From positions 48,388,496 to 48,452,495 of the forward strand of contig NC_083431.1 of assembly GCF_020745735.1 (NCBI RefSeq): 64,000 nucleotides of DNA, given 5' to 3'. The stretch is from Hemiscyllium ocellatum (taxonomy: Eukaryota). The notes under the pieces are model-generated. The model was not told where the DNA came from. It saw nothing but the letters and a program-made list of their open reading frames with translations, and ran no database searches. Every line of letters starts with the position of its first letter. The stretch's first letter is position 1. Of the stretch, positions 35,259-48,759 are shown one piece after another. The position numbers and the translations under genes are program-made.

Positions 35259-37250
35259 CGGGCTCAATCTTATATATTCCTGCCGAAGTCCAATTGCCTC
35301 CAGTTCTTTAGAGATAGTTTGTTGCCATGAATTCTACGAGTTCTTTTGCCCTATGTTACTAAATACGACACATTAATTACCTACCCCACCTTTATAGCAC
35401 TCAATCTGGCCTCATCTTACTACACACTGTTCCTGGAACAATGCGCCACTCAGCACATATCCTGAAATTCACTGGCATCCCTTGCACCATCACCACCTTT
35501 GAAAGCCTGTTATGCACCTGAACAGTACTGTCAGTATGAAGCTATCCTTCCTGGTTTCTGACATTTATCCTGCACATAGCAGATACACAATGCATTATGG
35601 CCAGGGTTCTATAAGTCCTACTGAATGTACTGATGCAGAACAGGACTTCCCTTTCCCAGGGCTAGTAATAGAGGTCATGACATCAGACCATGCCAGCCTG
35701 TTCTGAGATTGCCCCTGGATCAAAGCGGTCTCAGCCATATGGAGAACTCCACAGCAATGTTTGAAGAAAAACCATGTCTTTCTTCACTCCAACAGGATAT
35801 GCATAAACATCTTCTCTCTGATGCCTCACTCTATCTCTGCTACTGTGCACATCTCTCACCAAGGCTCCTGCTCAATCACTCTCACTATTGCTTGGAATAT
35901 CTTGTCCATTCATTCTCACTCATCCCAATTCCTGACATCACTAGCTCTATCTACCCTCTGCACTGTCTACTCACTCACTTGGGATATTTCCCCACCTGCC
36001 TCAAAACTAACAGCTGTGATACCCACTTTTATATCCATTCATACCTGTTTCTTTCTCATTCCAAAAGCAAATCAGACCACAACAGAGAGATGGGTGAAGG
36101 GCTTCCTGACATTCAGCTCCTCGCCTCTCATGACCTGACTAACCACCCGAGCAAGCTCTGAACTACTATCGGAGGCTGTCCTTGACTTACTGTGCCAGGA
36201 CTCCGAAGAAAAAGGCAATTCCCTCACGTTTACCGAAGCCTGCTGACAACCAGGACAAATTTCCTCGCTTTGTGTCTGCACTAAAGGGCATGGCAAGACA
36301 GCAGTAATAGGAAAGTTGTGTATTTCGCTGAAGGGGAAAAGTACCGGAAAAAAAAGCAAAGAAAAGGCACTGGTATAATTGTGCAGATGGGTTCAAAGTG
36401 AGTGAGTAGATTAGATTACTGACAGTGTGGAAACAGGCCCTTCGGCCCAACAAGTCCACACCGACCCGCCAAAGCACAACCCACCCATACCCCTACATTT
36501 ACCCCTTACCTAACACAACGGGCAATTTAGCATGGCCAATTCACCTGACCCGCACATCTTTGGACTGTGGGAGGAAACCGGAGCACCCGGAGGAAACCCA
36601 CACAGACACGGGGAGAACGTGCAAACTCCACACAGTCTGTCGCTTGAGTCGGGAATTGAACCGGGTCTCAGGCGCTGTGAGTACTAGATAACAGTCCAGA
36701 GATGCAGCCTGGTCCACTCCAAGAGCTGCGTACATGTGGCTGAGCACAGAGATCTTGCAACATCATTACAATGCTAGTTGCCGGTACAGCCTAAGCAACT
36801 ATGCTGAAATACTCTGCAAGTGGATTGGACATGTGCCATTCAGATTTTTAGAGCTCGGTACTTATCAGATGTCAACGTCCATGGATGTGGGGTGTGTGTG
36901 GCTAATGCCTATGATGCTGTCAAGTGCAACACTAAGGTCAACTAGAGCAATCGCAAACTGAATCTGCCAGGTACACAGTCTGGTTTATATGTCTAACTTG
37001 TTTGGTCACTTGATTAAAATAGGAAGCTGAATATTAATGAGGCGAGTTGAGCCGTCAATGAGCCATTTAGTAAGCAACAACCATCCCATTAATTGGAAAT
37101 TCCTCACTTCCCAGAGAGAGAGAGAGAGACTCATTACGTCACTTGTGAAAAACATAGGAGATAATACAAGATGATCCTAATGTCAAAATTGGCCTCACCA
37201 GACTTCTTATCTGCTCCCAGCTACATATCTCGCCAGAGCTCAAGGTCCTC
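35259..37250 (+). mobile_element. Harbinger-derived element carrying an intron-split Myb/SANT gene remnant
   Basis: Left end GGGCTCAATCTT. HQTMPACSEIA/WIKAVSAIWRTPQQCLKKNHVFLHSNR (35680-35796), a pyrimidine-rich intron, then KSDHNREMGEGLPDIQLLASHD (36065-36135). Right boundary approximate. Confidence 0.6.
36407..36681 (-). mobile_element. Young HE1/V-SINE (5' truncated)
   Basis: Near-identical to the copies at 53198 and 60987; tagattagattac tail. Confidence 0.92.
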
Positions 37251-37639
37251 TGACCTCTTTCTGATTCCACCCTTTGCTTCTTCCAGTTCACCAAAATGAG
37301 TAACTCAAGAACTTAACCAAACATATCCATCGGCATCTACTGAATTTACTCTTTTGCTTCATGGCCAGAAGCAGTTGCCCTCACAAAGAGAATCCTAAAA
37401 CAGGAAATGACTGAAGTTCAGCTGACTAGTCAACATTTGAAAAGAGAAAACCTCACTTAACATTTTAATTGTAAGACTTCAACAGTTTAAGAGAGATCAC
37501 ATTCGAATAGAATTAGAATGAGATTTTATGGTCACGTAATCAGGTAAGGGGATATGGGCGTACAGTGAAAAGTGTACAATGTTGCTATTTCCATCGTCAT
37601 CTTGGGTACAAAGGTACTTAAGTACAAAATCTTAGGTGC

Positions 37640-37721
37640 AAAGTAGAAAAATAAGGAAATATAGTTAAAAGTTCAATATTAAAGTAGAAAAATAAAGAAA
37701 TAAAGTTAAAGATTCAACATT
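37640..37721 (+). repeat. 41-bp tandem duplication
   Basis: aaagtagaaaaataaggaaatatagttaaaagttcaatatt followed by aaagtagaaaaataaagaaataaagttaaagattcaacatt. Confidence 0.85.
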
Positions 37722-39798
37722 ACAGTCTTTCTTAAATGCTTAGCCATGCTGGGCTCACACTCTCTACAAGGATTCAATCTCCCCATGCAAGATGCCTCTG
37801 CAGATGCCAGGAGACCTTGGGCTGCCAGTCTTATTCTTTCAGATGCAGATTAGACTGGAGAGCATTTATTGCAGTATGTTTTCAGATTTCTCACATTCTT
37901 CATTTCATCGCAAAGAATTAAAATGCGGTAGGTGAATTTAAAATATCCAATTACACAATTGTTTCCAATGTATCTTACATTTTAGTTTGTTGTGTGCACA
38001 TACAACATACATCTGTGCCTACACAAACAAGACTAAGATGAAAATACCTTGGCAAATTTCTGTGAGAGGTAGAGTATAGCAAGAAAAATAAGAGAAATTC
38101 TCAGTGCTGACTATTAGCTTTTATGGTAACAATTAAAAAGACATTAATCTTCACTGCCTATGCTTACTCTGTATTCCCTCTTTGAACACAATAATAAACA
38201 ACAGTACCAACAGCAGATAATTTATGACATTTTATAGCACAAAAACACAAAAAAATTCTACTGTCACTACAAATTTGTACATTCTACAACACCAGTCAAC
38301 AATCTTACCGGTATTTAACAAAACTGCAAGAAGTCACTGTGATTGCATTTATTGAATCCGAAACCTCCTATCCATTGATTTTTGAATTACATGAGGATTT
38401 CATGCTAGCAAGTATATTCATAGGAACGGGTGACTAGTTTGTGAAACCATATTAAATAATGATGTGGATCTCCAGAAAGCACACTTAACAAGTTATCCTA
38501 AATCTGTCAAGATATGTAAATGAAAACTGGGCCATTGTCACTCAGTTTCTGGCTTTGGATTTTCAGATTTTCTCACTTTTGGAAATAACATACTTCTACT
38601 TTGTGTGTGTTATTGGATTGTTGTACAAATACAAGTTGTTCTTATGACTCTATAACTTCCACATTGGGATTTCGACTGTGGTTTAGGTGTATATCCATGC
38701 ATCGACATTAATTAAGCCATCATTAACATTCCAGAAGTGCAGTAATCTCAGATACTGAATTTAATCAAATCAACCACAAACCTTTCAGCTGACAATGTTA
38801 TTTCTTGTAATATTTCACATTCCAATGCTTTCGTATCATGAGATGCTTCAAGGAGGAAAGCAAGCAAGATACTCAGCCAAGGACATCTGCTGAAAACTAA
38901 TTCTCTTAAATGCAAAATATACCTTATGATGTAATTTTTATTTAAATGCAAAAGAACATAATCTTCGTCTTGCAATACTGATATGTAAAATAGCACATAT
39001 TTTATTGACCCCAGCTGCAGGTGGGGGAGGGGGCATAAAATTTCTCAGGTAATCAGATGACCTACTTGTCATTTATTTGTCCACCCACAAACAATTTGCA
39101 AGTTAGGGTGGGGGCATCTGTCCTCAATTACAATTGAGGCCCTAAAATGGTCAGTCATGCCTGGCCACAATTTTGAGGCCGGTGGGAAAAGTTTAGGGAC
39201 AGGAAGGGGAAACCTAGCATACCGTAAATCCCATCCACTCTCCAAACCACCCTCAGGTATCCAATTTCATCCCACTAAGACCAAGGCTATATCGGGTCCT
39301 GGATACTCCAGCAATGAGGCTAGTGGGACACACTCCTTGTGGCACTTCTGGCACTACAAAGCAGCCAGCCAATTGGATTGAAAGGCAGATGTCCCATTTC
39401 TCTGGCTGATGAAACAGTAAATTCTGCCTCTGAACTCTAATATATGGATCCAGATAGTGGATAAAAATAAAGTTAAAACTTCAACAGTGCAGGTAAAAGT
39501 TGTTCCTCGTTGCTTTGGAATTATCTATTGATTTATCATAATTATCATTGTGAAAAATTCTACATTTGTCTTACATCTGATATCATGTATTACTTTTAGT
39601 CTGAGCATGTACGCACTGGACAGTTCCTAATAAATGATTGCACACTGAACTCCAACAATGGTAAGTATAAGCACTGTATTTTCTGAATTAATGTGGGAAT
39701 CTGAAGAATACACTATTAACATGATAGAATTCATTTTGTGAAACAGGAGGTCTTTTCATCTATCGAAAATGAACATAGCTCAACAAACCCAGTGCACT

Positions 39799-40285
39799 TA
39801 GAGTCATAGAAATGTACAGCACCGAAATAGACACTTGGTCCAACTTGGTCTGATCCATGCCGATCAGACATCCTAAATTAATCTAGTTCCATTTGCCAGC
39901 ACTTGGCCCATATCTCTCTCAACCCTTCATATTCATGTACCCATGCAGATGCCTTTTAAATTTTGCAATTGTACCAGCCTCTATCACTTTCTCTGGCAAC
40001 TCATTCCATACATGAACCACTCTTTGCATCAAAAAGTTGACCCTTAGGTCCGTTTTAAATCTTTCCCCTCGCTCACTAAACCTATGCCCTTTAGTTCTGG
40101 ACTCCCCCACCCCAGAGAAAAGACTTTATCTATTTACCCTGTCCATGCCCTTCATGATTTGATAAATCTCTGTAAGGTCACCCCTCAGCCTCTGACACTC
40201 TAGGGAAAAAAACAGCCCCAGCCTACTCAGCCTCTTCTTACAGTTCAAACCCTACAACTTTGGCAACAACCTTGTCAATCTTCTT
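39799..40285 (-). mobile_element. CR1 3' fragment
   Basis: ORF 39919 (ESRTKGHRF..QRVVHVWNELPE) plus tail. Confidence 0.92.
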
Positions 40286-42328
40286 TAAGAAGGTGAAAAA
40301 CATGTTGGATGAAAATAATGTTGTGGATGTCCTGAAAATGGGCTTTTAGAAAATCTTCCACAAAATTCAACTCAGGTAAACTCTGAAGTAAAATAAGTAA
40401 TAGGGAATTAACTGAAGTGCAGTAAAATGGATTTAAAAAAAGTTACAATTGAAAAATTTCAAGTTAATTAATTACAATTTATCTCTACAAATTGAAATTA
40501 ATATTTCATCATTTTTATGATGATTTTGAGAAGTGCAAATGTTAAAAGCACTGTATAAGTACAGGTAGTTGCCACAGAGTTCTGGACTAAGAAACGTAAA
40601 CATTTGTTTCAGAAGCAGCAGTAGGCCACTCAGTTCCTCGATTCTGCTCTGTCAATAAAACCATTACTTTAATTCCCAACTCCCTCCAATAACCTTTCAA
40701 CCTTTTACTTAATAAGAATCTATTCACATTGTGTACAATACATCAACAATTGCAGTCTCCTCTCCACAACGGCACTTAGTAGTAAAGCAGGAGATGCAGG
40801 AAATAATTTGAGGACCAAAGTAAGCGTCAATGAGCTCTTGATAAAATGATTCAATTGTTACATAATAGCTGTAATTGAGATGGCTTGTTTTGATTAAAAA
40901 CATAAAAATTATAAATTGCCTGAGAAAACAGTATGTAATGTTGAAAATCAGAGGGATTTGTTGTTTCAGATTCACAAGGCAGTTGAAACTGTCTCATTTA
41001 AATAAGGTTATTAAACACTAATGCAGAACTGAGTTTTATGGAAAAAGGTACAGAATATGAAAGTCCAGCAACAATACTGATTCTATATAAAACCTTAATA
41101 AATTCACATGGAGCACTGTGCACAGGTTTGAGCTCCACGCATAGTAAAGACATCAAGGAGGATACTGCACAAATTCACAAGAATGCTGCCTGGTGGGGGG
41201 AAAAATGCAAAAACATCTCTTACCAGATTGGGGTTGGCTTTAATACTGTAGATTATAGTGTTATTTGATAAAGGATATTAAAATATCAAAAAGTATTAAA
41301 AAATGGTCGCCAGAAACACGATGAGCCAGATTCTTCAGAGAGTGGAAACCCGGGCAGATTGCTACTCTTACCCTTCATTTTCCGAAAGAAGGGTGCTCCT
41401 CACTTCTGAGTGAGGGTGCCTCACTTAGGGCTTCCTCAGAAATGCAGAGGAAAGCAAACATGTCTCCAGTAATAACAGTCAGCTGCCATATTCAGATACT
41501 TAAATGTTCTGACAGCCACTCTGACAACTGATAACAAATTAGAAGTACACAAGTTTAGTGATGTTAGGGTGCTAGGAAGTTCGGATGCCAAATGAATAGG
41601 AGGATAGGGCGTCCTGTAACTAGAATGCCAGGTGGCAGGAGTGCCATGGTCCCAGTAAGTAGGATGCCAGCTGATGGTGGTGCTGGGGTGTAATCAGCAG
41701 GTCTGGGGGAAGGTTTAATTTGGGATATGTGAGATACATACGGGGTCAGTGTCCTAAGAATTTAGATTAGGTATTTAATAGACCAATATTCCCTGAGTAA
41801 CTATTTTACTTAATTTCATTAGAACCCTCCAAAGTCTCCAACTTAAATGGAAACTTAGAGGCTTCCAGGCATCGTGATATTGCCCAGTGTAAAATCCAAT
41901 TTCCTGCACTATTCCTTTGGAGTGTGCTACAGATAGGAATTCCACAGTGTACTCATCCACAATCCCTATTTAATTGAGAACAATAATTCACATTCCTTCA
42001 TTGTTGTTGAATCAAGAGTATGAAAAGTTGAGGGTATCTTCACTTCAGATTGCTACAACACGGTAATTCACTACCAACTTCTCAAGGACAAATTGGGCAA
42101 ATACACAATCAGTGCTAGACCAACCAGGCGAAAACAACAATGGGGTACGTTTTTTTTCAGATCCTGAACAATTTGGACAGTGGAGAGTCAGTGGGAAAAA
42201 TATGGTGACACCAGAAAGAATGAAATTCTTGAAGTTCAGAGAAAATATGTCCACATTTCCAAACATGTTTTAAACAGTTCAATGAGAATCTCACTAGTGA
42301 GCAGTAATAGGCCTATTGCATGCTTAAC

Positions 42329-42880
42329 AGAGTCATAGAGATGTACAACATGGAAACAGATCCTCGGTCCAACCTGTCCATTCCGATCAGATATCCCAAC
42401 CCAATTTAGTCCCACCTGCCAGCACCTGGCCCATATCTCTCCAAACCCTTCCTATTTATATACCCATCCAAATGCCTTTTAAGTGTTGCAGTTGTACCAG
42501 CCTCCACCACATCCTCTGGCAGCTCATTCCATACACATACCACCCTCTGGGTGAAAAGGTTGCCCCTTAGGTCTCTTTTATATCTTTCCCCTCTCACCCT
42601 AAACCTATGGCCTCTAGTTCTGGACTCCCCGACCACAGGGAAAAGACTTTGTCTATTTATCCTATTTATGCCCCTCATGATTTTGTAAACCTCTATAAGG
42701 TCACCCCTCAACCTCCGATGCTCCAGGGAAAAAAGCCCCAGCCTTTTCAGCCTCTCCCAATAGCTCAAATCCTCCAACCCTGGCAACATCCTTGCAAATC
42801 TTTCCTGAACCCTTTCAAGTTTCACAACATCTTTCCGCTGGGAGGAGACCAGAATTGCATGCAATATTCCAACAGTGGCT
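42329..42880 (-). mobile_element. CR1 3' fragment (young)
   Basis: ORF 42406 (KLERVQERFARMLPGLEDLSY..RLRGDLIEVYKIM..TQRVVCVWNELPE). Confidence 0.95.
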
Positions 42881-43589
42881 ATCTCAGTATTACCTCACCT
42901 TGCCTTATTCATTTGCAGTTTGATATTTTCCCCTCCAGTCGGGAGAAACTAGATGGTGACAATGCTTGTCTGAGTGCGTACTCAACGGCTGCAACTTACT
43001 GTCATCTTCTCTAGGCTTCCATCTTGGGCAGCATTCCCCAACAACTCAGAGCAAGCTCTATGGGCAGCAATTTCTGCCACAGAGGCTGGTACTGGAAAAG
43101 CACTGGCATCATGGCAAATTTGGAACTCACTTATAATACAGTTCAGCAATGCAATTTGGAGCTCACTTACACCTTACATTGGAATCCAGCTATCAGGACA
43201 CTTTGCCTGCAGAGACAGACACTCATCTCGTACATCATAACAGGGTGCAACTCAGGCATGCCAGTTTAGCTTTCTTAGTACTCACACACTTTGTGCCTAG
43301 TTGGATGCTCATAGAATCTCTGTCTTGTTTTGTCTTTTAGTGCAGAAAGGTAGCTTTTCATGTTTATTGTGGATTAACAGTCAAAGTCAGGAGGTGTGTC
43401 ATCGGCCAGGAAAGGTGGTGAGGTATTTCAAGCGAGTGCATAGGAAGTGCAGAGCAAAGGAAGTATTAGTAATTAGGAGGCTGGGTGAGTGAGAATCATC
43501 AAGGGACGATGCTGCATACATTACAGGGGTGATGGACCACTAGTTTTGATGGGAGTGAGTGCAATAGCAGAGTTAGAGTTAGTGTGAGT

Positions 43590-43946
43590 TGGCAGAGAGA
43601 AGATTGTAGTACTTCTCATTGCAGAGCACAGAAGGTCATTAATTATTTTTGCAGCATTGCTGTGTGTTATCGAGATAGTGGACACCACATTGACACAGGT
43701 GGCTACTTCAGGCAATGTTTGACATAGTGAGCAGTTGGGGTACAAATACAGTGCCCACGGCTTTAACATTGAAATTGATCTGTGAGTATTTCACTTCTAA
43801 TGAACGCAAGGTAGTGCATTTTATGGAGGCATGGTGCAAAATGAATGAGGCGAGCAGGGTGACATTGATGAGAGAAAGGTGCACAGAAGGAAACCGATTG
43901 TGATACTTCCTGAAATTGACAGCCAATCTTTGGGAAAATTCAGGCC
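43590..43946 (-). mobile_element. Harbinger left end with Myb/SANT exon 1
   Basis: The minus strand starts GGCCTGAATTTT. LPEVATCVNVVST..TQQCCK/INDLLCSA matches the WxEVAxxVxAVS..QQCRKKxNDL pattern. Confidence 0.6.
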
Positions 43947-44079
43947 ATTCTAAGTGATTTCGCACAGAAGCTGAGTGATGTAAGACTGTGGATGCATTGA
44001 TTAAAGCAAAGACCAAGTCAATATGTTAGAATGATAGACTGCTGAAGGAAGAGGGCTAAAAGGATATGAGAATGTAGAA

Positions 44080-44420
44080 AAAACAAGAATGATACCTGGA
44101 CTTCAGAAGTTATGAGGAGAAATTACATAAGTTAGGCCTGTTCATCTCCAGAATTTAGAGGTTAAGGGGTGATCTGATCAAGGTCTTCAAGATATTAGCA
44201 GGAAAAGTCTTGGTAGATAAATTACTTCCACTGGTTGAGGATTCTACAGCTAAGGGATATAGTCTGAGAAATGTTCAGGAGAGATATTGGGAAGTACTTA
44301 TATACACATAGAGTGGTAGATGTTTGAGACTCTCTTCCACAAATGGCAGTGGATGCTAGATCAACTGCTAATTTTAATTCTGAGATAGATCCATTTTTGT
44401 TAAGCAAAGATATTAATTCT
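44080..44420 (+). mobile_element. CR1 3' fragment
   Basis: ggttaaggggtgatctgatcaaggtcttcaagata (LRGDLIKVFKI). Confidence 0.8.
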
Positions 44421-44559
44421 TCGGATTAGGATTACTGTTTATCTGGAGGATAATCAGTGATACTGAGTAGTTGGACAAAACTACGTATTTCCATTATGTA
44501 ATTGTTTGATGTTATATCTCTGGTCTTTTCCCACAAAGAAAGAACAAAATCAAATTTAT

Positions 44560-44830
44560 ATGCCTTTCAAAATCTCAGACTACCCCAAGACAGATTACTG
44601 CCAATTAAGTTCCTGTATTTTGAACTGTAGTTGGAGTTGCAGAAGGAAACGCAACAGCCAATTTCTACTTGCTAGGCATCACCAACAGCACTGAGACAAT
44701 GACCAGGTAATCTACTTTAGTGTTGCTGATCAAGGAAGAAATATTGGACAGGACTTCCTCATTTTTCTTCAAAACATTGTAATAGAATCTTTCACAGGAC
44801 TGATGATACCTTGTTTTATAATTCATGATG
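44560..44830 (-). mobile_element. Old Deu-domain SINE
   Basis: gaaacgcaacagccaattt...aacagcactgagacaatgaccaggtaatc...atattggacaggac; homologous to 1007-1310. Confidence 0.55.
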
Positions 44831-45074
44831 ATAATGAAAAAATATGGAGAATCAGCTTTCAACTTCCATCACCTGTGTTTTAACCTGAGACCATCCTGGG
44901 TTAAAATAGTCTTTACAAAGGGAAAAAAAACATGAATCAAAAATGGCTGCAGTAATTTCAGGCAGAAGTTCAGGAAACCAATGTAAAGTAAATCCAGCTG
45001 AACTGAAATTACCATTTTAGCTTTGAAACTACAGTCCTGCATTAATATACATTTGTATGAGAAGTTTCACATAT

Positions 45075-45403
45075 TAGAATCATACAGAAACTCTACATGC
45101 AGATACAGGTTTTTTGGTGCACTGAGTCCATACCGACACATCTGGACACATCTCCCGTAATCCCAGATTTACCAAGGGGTTAATCTACCTAACCTGCACA
45201 TCTGTGAACACTATGGGGCAATTTAGCATGGCCAATCCATCTAGCCTGCACATTTTTAGACTGTTGGAGGCAACCAGAACACTTGGCAGAAACCCACACA
45301 GACATGAGTTTGTATGTATGGAGTTTGCACAGTCGCCCAAGGCTGGAATCAAACCCAGGTCCCTAATGCTACAAGGCAGCAGTGCTAACCACTGTGCCAC
45401 CAT
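45075..45403 (-). mobile_element. HE1/V-SINE (older)
   Basis: ggcagcagtgctaaccactgtgccaccatgc head and V-domain. Confidence 0.85.
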
Positions 45404-47816
45404 GCATTGCCGTGGATATGAAAGGGTTGCTTTCATCTATCTAGTTTGGTAAGGCAATGGAGTTAAACTTAGGAATACACAAATTAACCATATTTTAGTA
45501 GCTGCTTGGCAAAGCATCAGAGGCAGAAAATAACACAGATTTGTAATTGCTAGGGACTGAAAGACTCTCTCCTTCCCTCCTTGTTCCTGTGCCTCTCAAA
45601 AGCCAGCATCAAAGATACAGCAAATCGGAGAAAGCTTTACTCATGGAGAACTCAAGGATTCTGCAAATTTTACTGAGGACACATTCTGCTGAAGACACAA
45701 GACATGAACTCAACAGCTGTAGCCTCAAGTTCAACTCTCACAAATCAACAGATCCTACAATTTTTAAATTTTAAACGTTTTCATCTTCATTTTTGAACTA
45801 ACTACTTTCGCCTTCTTAAGCTTTATACCCGTGTGTTGTATATGTGTTTAATGTTGTACTTTATTATTTTGTTTGGGGTTAGCAAGTTACAAAACAAATC
45901 GTTTTATTCAAGAAAACTATGTAATCAGCACTGAAATTTTGTTGAATATTAGGTTTTAATTAGATTGCGATATCATTATATGCTAAAAATAAATGATTGA
46001 TAATAATAATAAATACATCCTCGGTCCAGTCCAGGGCAAGTTAAAAAGAGGATATATGATCCACTCTTCTTCATCTGGTTGTGACACAATTCATCAAAAA
46101 TCTGAATATACTCTAATAGTTGAGTTTGGCTTAGTAATTTTCTTCTTATTGTGTATGTCTTATTCGTTGTTAAACATCACAATTCTCTACTTCAGCAATC
46201 ATCTGCGTTGATGTAAGCCTGATAATAATAGCTCCCTGCATGAATTAATATACTGCCAAATTACTACTTTATGTTTCTTATATGAATGAAATTTATTCCC
46301 ACTTGTCATCAATTCATCAACTGCAGAAGTAATCTTCAATTATGCATCACTTCAAACCATTGCAAGACTTGGAATAACTGGATCAGTGCGACCTTAATGC
46401 TTGCTGCCAGAGTGAAAACATGATTCAAATATTTTTGATCTTGACGCCCTCAAAACTGCGTATCGTATTCCATAAGTTAACCACTGCTCTCTGTGGATTT
46501 ACCATCACCTTTACATATTCAGCATTGTTACAAGCCTCAGATAGATATCTCTTTTAAAAAATTATAGTTTACAGTAATTGAAGGAAATAACTAATGCCCA
46601 AGATCTCAAGTTTAAGACCATCATAAGTACAAACAAACTAAAATAGCTATAAATAAAACATTATTTCGCTGAGACCTAACCTATCAAACTAAATAAGAGA
46701 TGCTTTTGTCTTGACTCATTAACACAACTGAATTATATTTTCCCACTTGTTTTCCTGTCCCTGCATTTTTGGCAGATATGTTGCAACATCATAAAATCCC
46801 AAGTTAACTCCAGCTTTGCAGAAACATATTTCTTTGTGCTAAGTCAAATCTTCCAATGTCCTTAGAAAATTACCCTACTCAGGCCATGCATTCCAAAACC
46901 AACTTTCACAAGTCAGACCCATCTTGGGAACTTCTAGTTCCTTAAATCTCTCAAAGTCCCCATCCACCCTGTCCTCATTTTGAAGTGAAAACTAGCTTCT
47001 ACAGCATGCTGCTTGACCGTTAACACAAAAATAGTTCACTCTGCTCTTCGCAGCAGTAGCAGTTTTTGTCGCTCTCTCACACTCTCTCTTTCTACATGTA
47101 TCTCAAAAAAGCTCTTCTTTCTCTCTGTGTAAAGGTGTAAAAAATGTCACTAGATTACCAGTAAGATTTGGTTTGTTTTCTTTTTCCATGATAACCAGAC
47201 CACATGGGCCTCTCTCCAGTCAGAGGATTAGTGCAAATACTGTTAGAAAGAAACAGACGTTGGCTATTAATTAATGTCTAGGTACATAAAAGGGGGAACA
47301 GCTAGTACTGGGGGATTGAATCATTGGACTTGAATAATCAATAAAATCTCTGCACACAAAATGTCTATGATTGTAATCCTATAAGGGTCTGAGCGTAATG
47401 GATTATGGCAAGATGTGTGGCAGAATTAGGCTACAAGTGCAGCGATAGCCATCTTGACATTAGCATTGTCTTAGTTCATCCTTTCGCAATTAGCATTGCA
47501 AGAATTTTTCTAGGCAGTGATGAGATGCCAATTGGTAGAGATTAATGGTTGCTAAAATGCCTTTTTAATGCCACATGATTTATTAATATTCAGACTCTCA
47601 ACTTACCAAATCTTTCAAACAAACTAAACACTATGAAGGAGTAAAGCATGTCTCAGGATCTTAGGGGAGTCTTATGGGAGTAGTCCTTATTGAAATCCAT
47701 GGAGATCCTGACACAGTAACTCAAGAGCAGCCTCCCATGCCAGTACAGGGAATTGCCCACAGTCAGACATTCAAGGATCTGTGTCTCTACTGCCCAGCGA
47801 GTCACAGTCAGTGGCA

Positions 47817-47905
47817 ACTCTGGGTATAATGTTAATGTGGTCAGGAACATACCTACGCAGCAGTCATAGTTTCCTTCCTGACCACATTAACATTATACCC
47901 AGAGT
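47817..47905. repeat. Perfect 31-bp inverted repeat with 27-nt loop
   Basis: actctgggtataatgttaatgtggtcaggaa (47817-47847) / ttcctgaccacattaacattatacccagagt (47875-47905). Confidence 0.95.
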
Positions 47906-48219
47906 CATCAGTCAGGGTTCTGGGCACATCTTGCTGTGGCTTCCCAGTTATCTTGGTTGATGGGGTGGGCTGCAGTCAGTTTCTTGATAAAGGTGAGTAA
48001 ATGGGTTGTTGGGGGCTTGAAAAACTGTGAAGTGGGATAAACAGGATGGGCTAATCGAAAAGGGATGTGTACGTCTGGGGGCTCAGTGGCTGTAAGCTTC
48101 TGGCAGAGGAGTGCTCATTATCATCTTCTGCCGTGCTGGAAACTGCAAGTGCATTTTAAAAGTATTCATAGAAACAGTGTTCTTGGAGGCTAATGATTTG
48201 CTTTGGGAGAGTTTTCACA

Positions 48220-48759
48220 TGTGATCAAAGTAAAGAGTTGTGCATTAATCTTTCAATTTAGAAAGACACAGTTTTATTCATTCAGAGAAGCACCCACAGG
48301 TTTAAAAAAAGCTTTTGGATTCCAGTTTAAGCAGTTTTCCAGACGTCTTGGCAGTAGGCAGATGTAGAAAATAGTTGCTCCTAAGAAAGGGAGATAGTTT
48401 TAAAGTTGTTTTTTTGTTAAAAAGTCTAACTCAGTTGTACAAAGATTCAAGGAAGAAGCTATCATATTCAGAATTTGCATGGAAATGATAGAGAAGGGAA
48501 TTATTTCTGATGTAAGTACAGTAAAGAAAGACAGCTGGGATTAGTGGGATTATATTTTACATGCATTATAAATAAACAGTTTGGTTTATTCTATGTTATC
48601 CTTTTTTTTGTATAATAATTTTATTGTTAAACTGAATCTGCAGCATTGTGTGTGTTTTAGTAAAAGATCACCTCATTAAAACCAAAAAGAAACTGTCAAG
48701 ACAGATTTCAACCTGAGATCAGACATTTTCCAGTAATAACATCACCTGGGATCATAACA
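48220..48759 (+). mobile_element. Possible solo LTR remnant
   Basis: Ends ...tgggatcataaca, with U5-like sequence similar in style to 5215-6015; 5' boundary uncertain. Confidence 0.35.

Noticed and set aside
35709-36161. 150-aa and 125-aa ORFs
   Set aside because: They run through a low-complexity intron-like part of a Harbinger relic.
38748-38900. Possible minus-strand exon CPWLSILLAFLLEASHDTKALECEILQEITLSAER
   Set aside because: Weak donor (gtttgt), unrecognised peptide and no supporting neighbours.
45430-47200. Additional LTR-like remnants
   Set aside because: Composition is suggestive but I could not define termini or TSDs.
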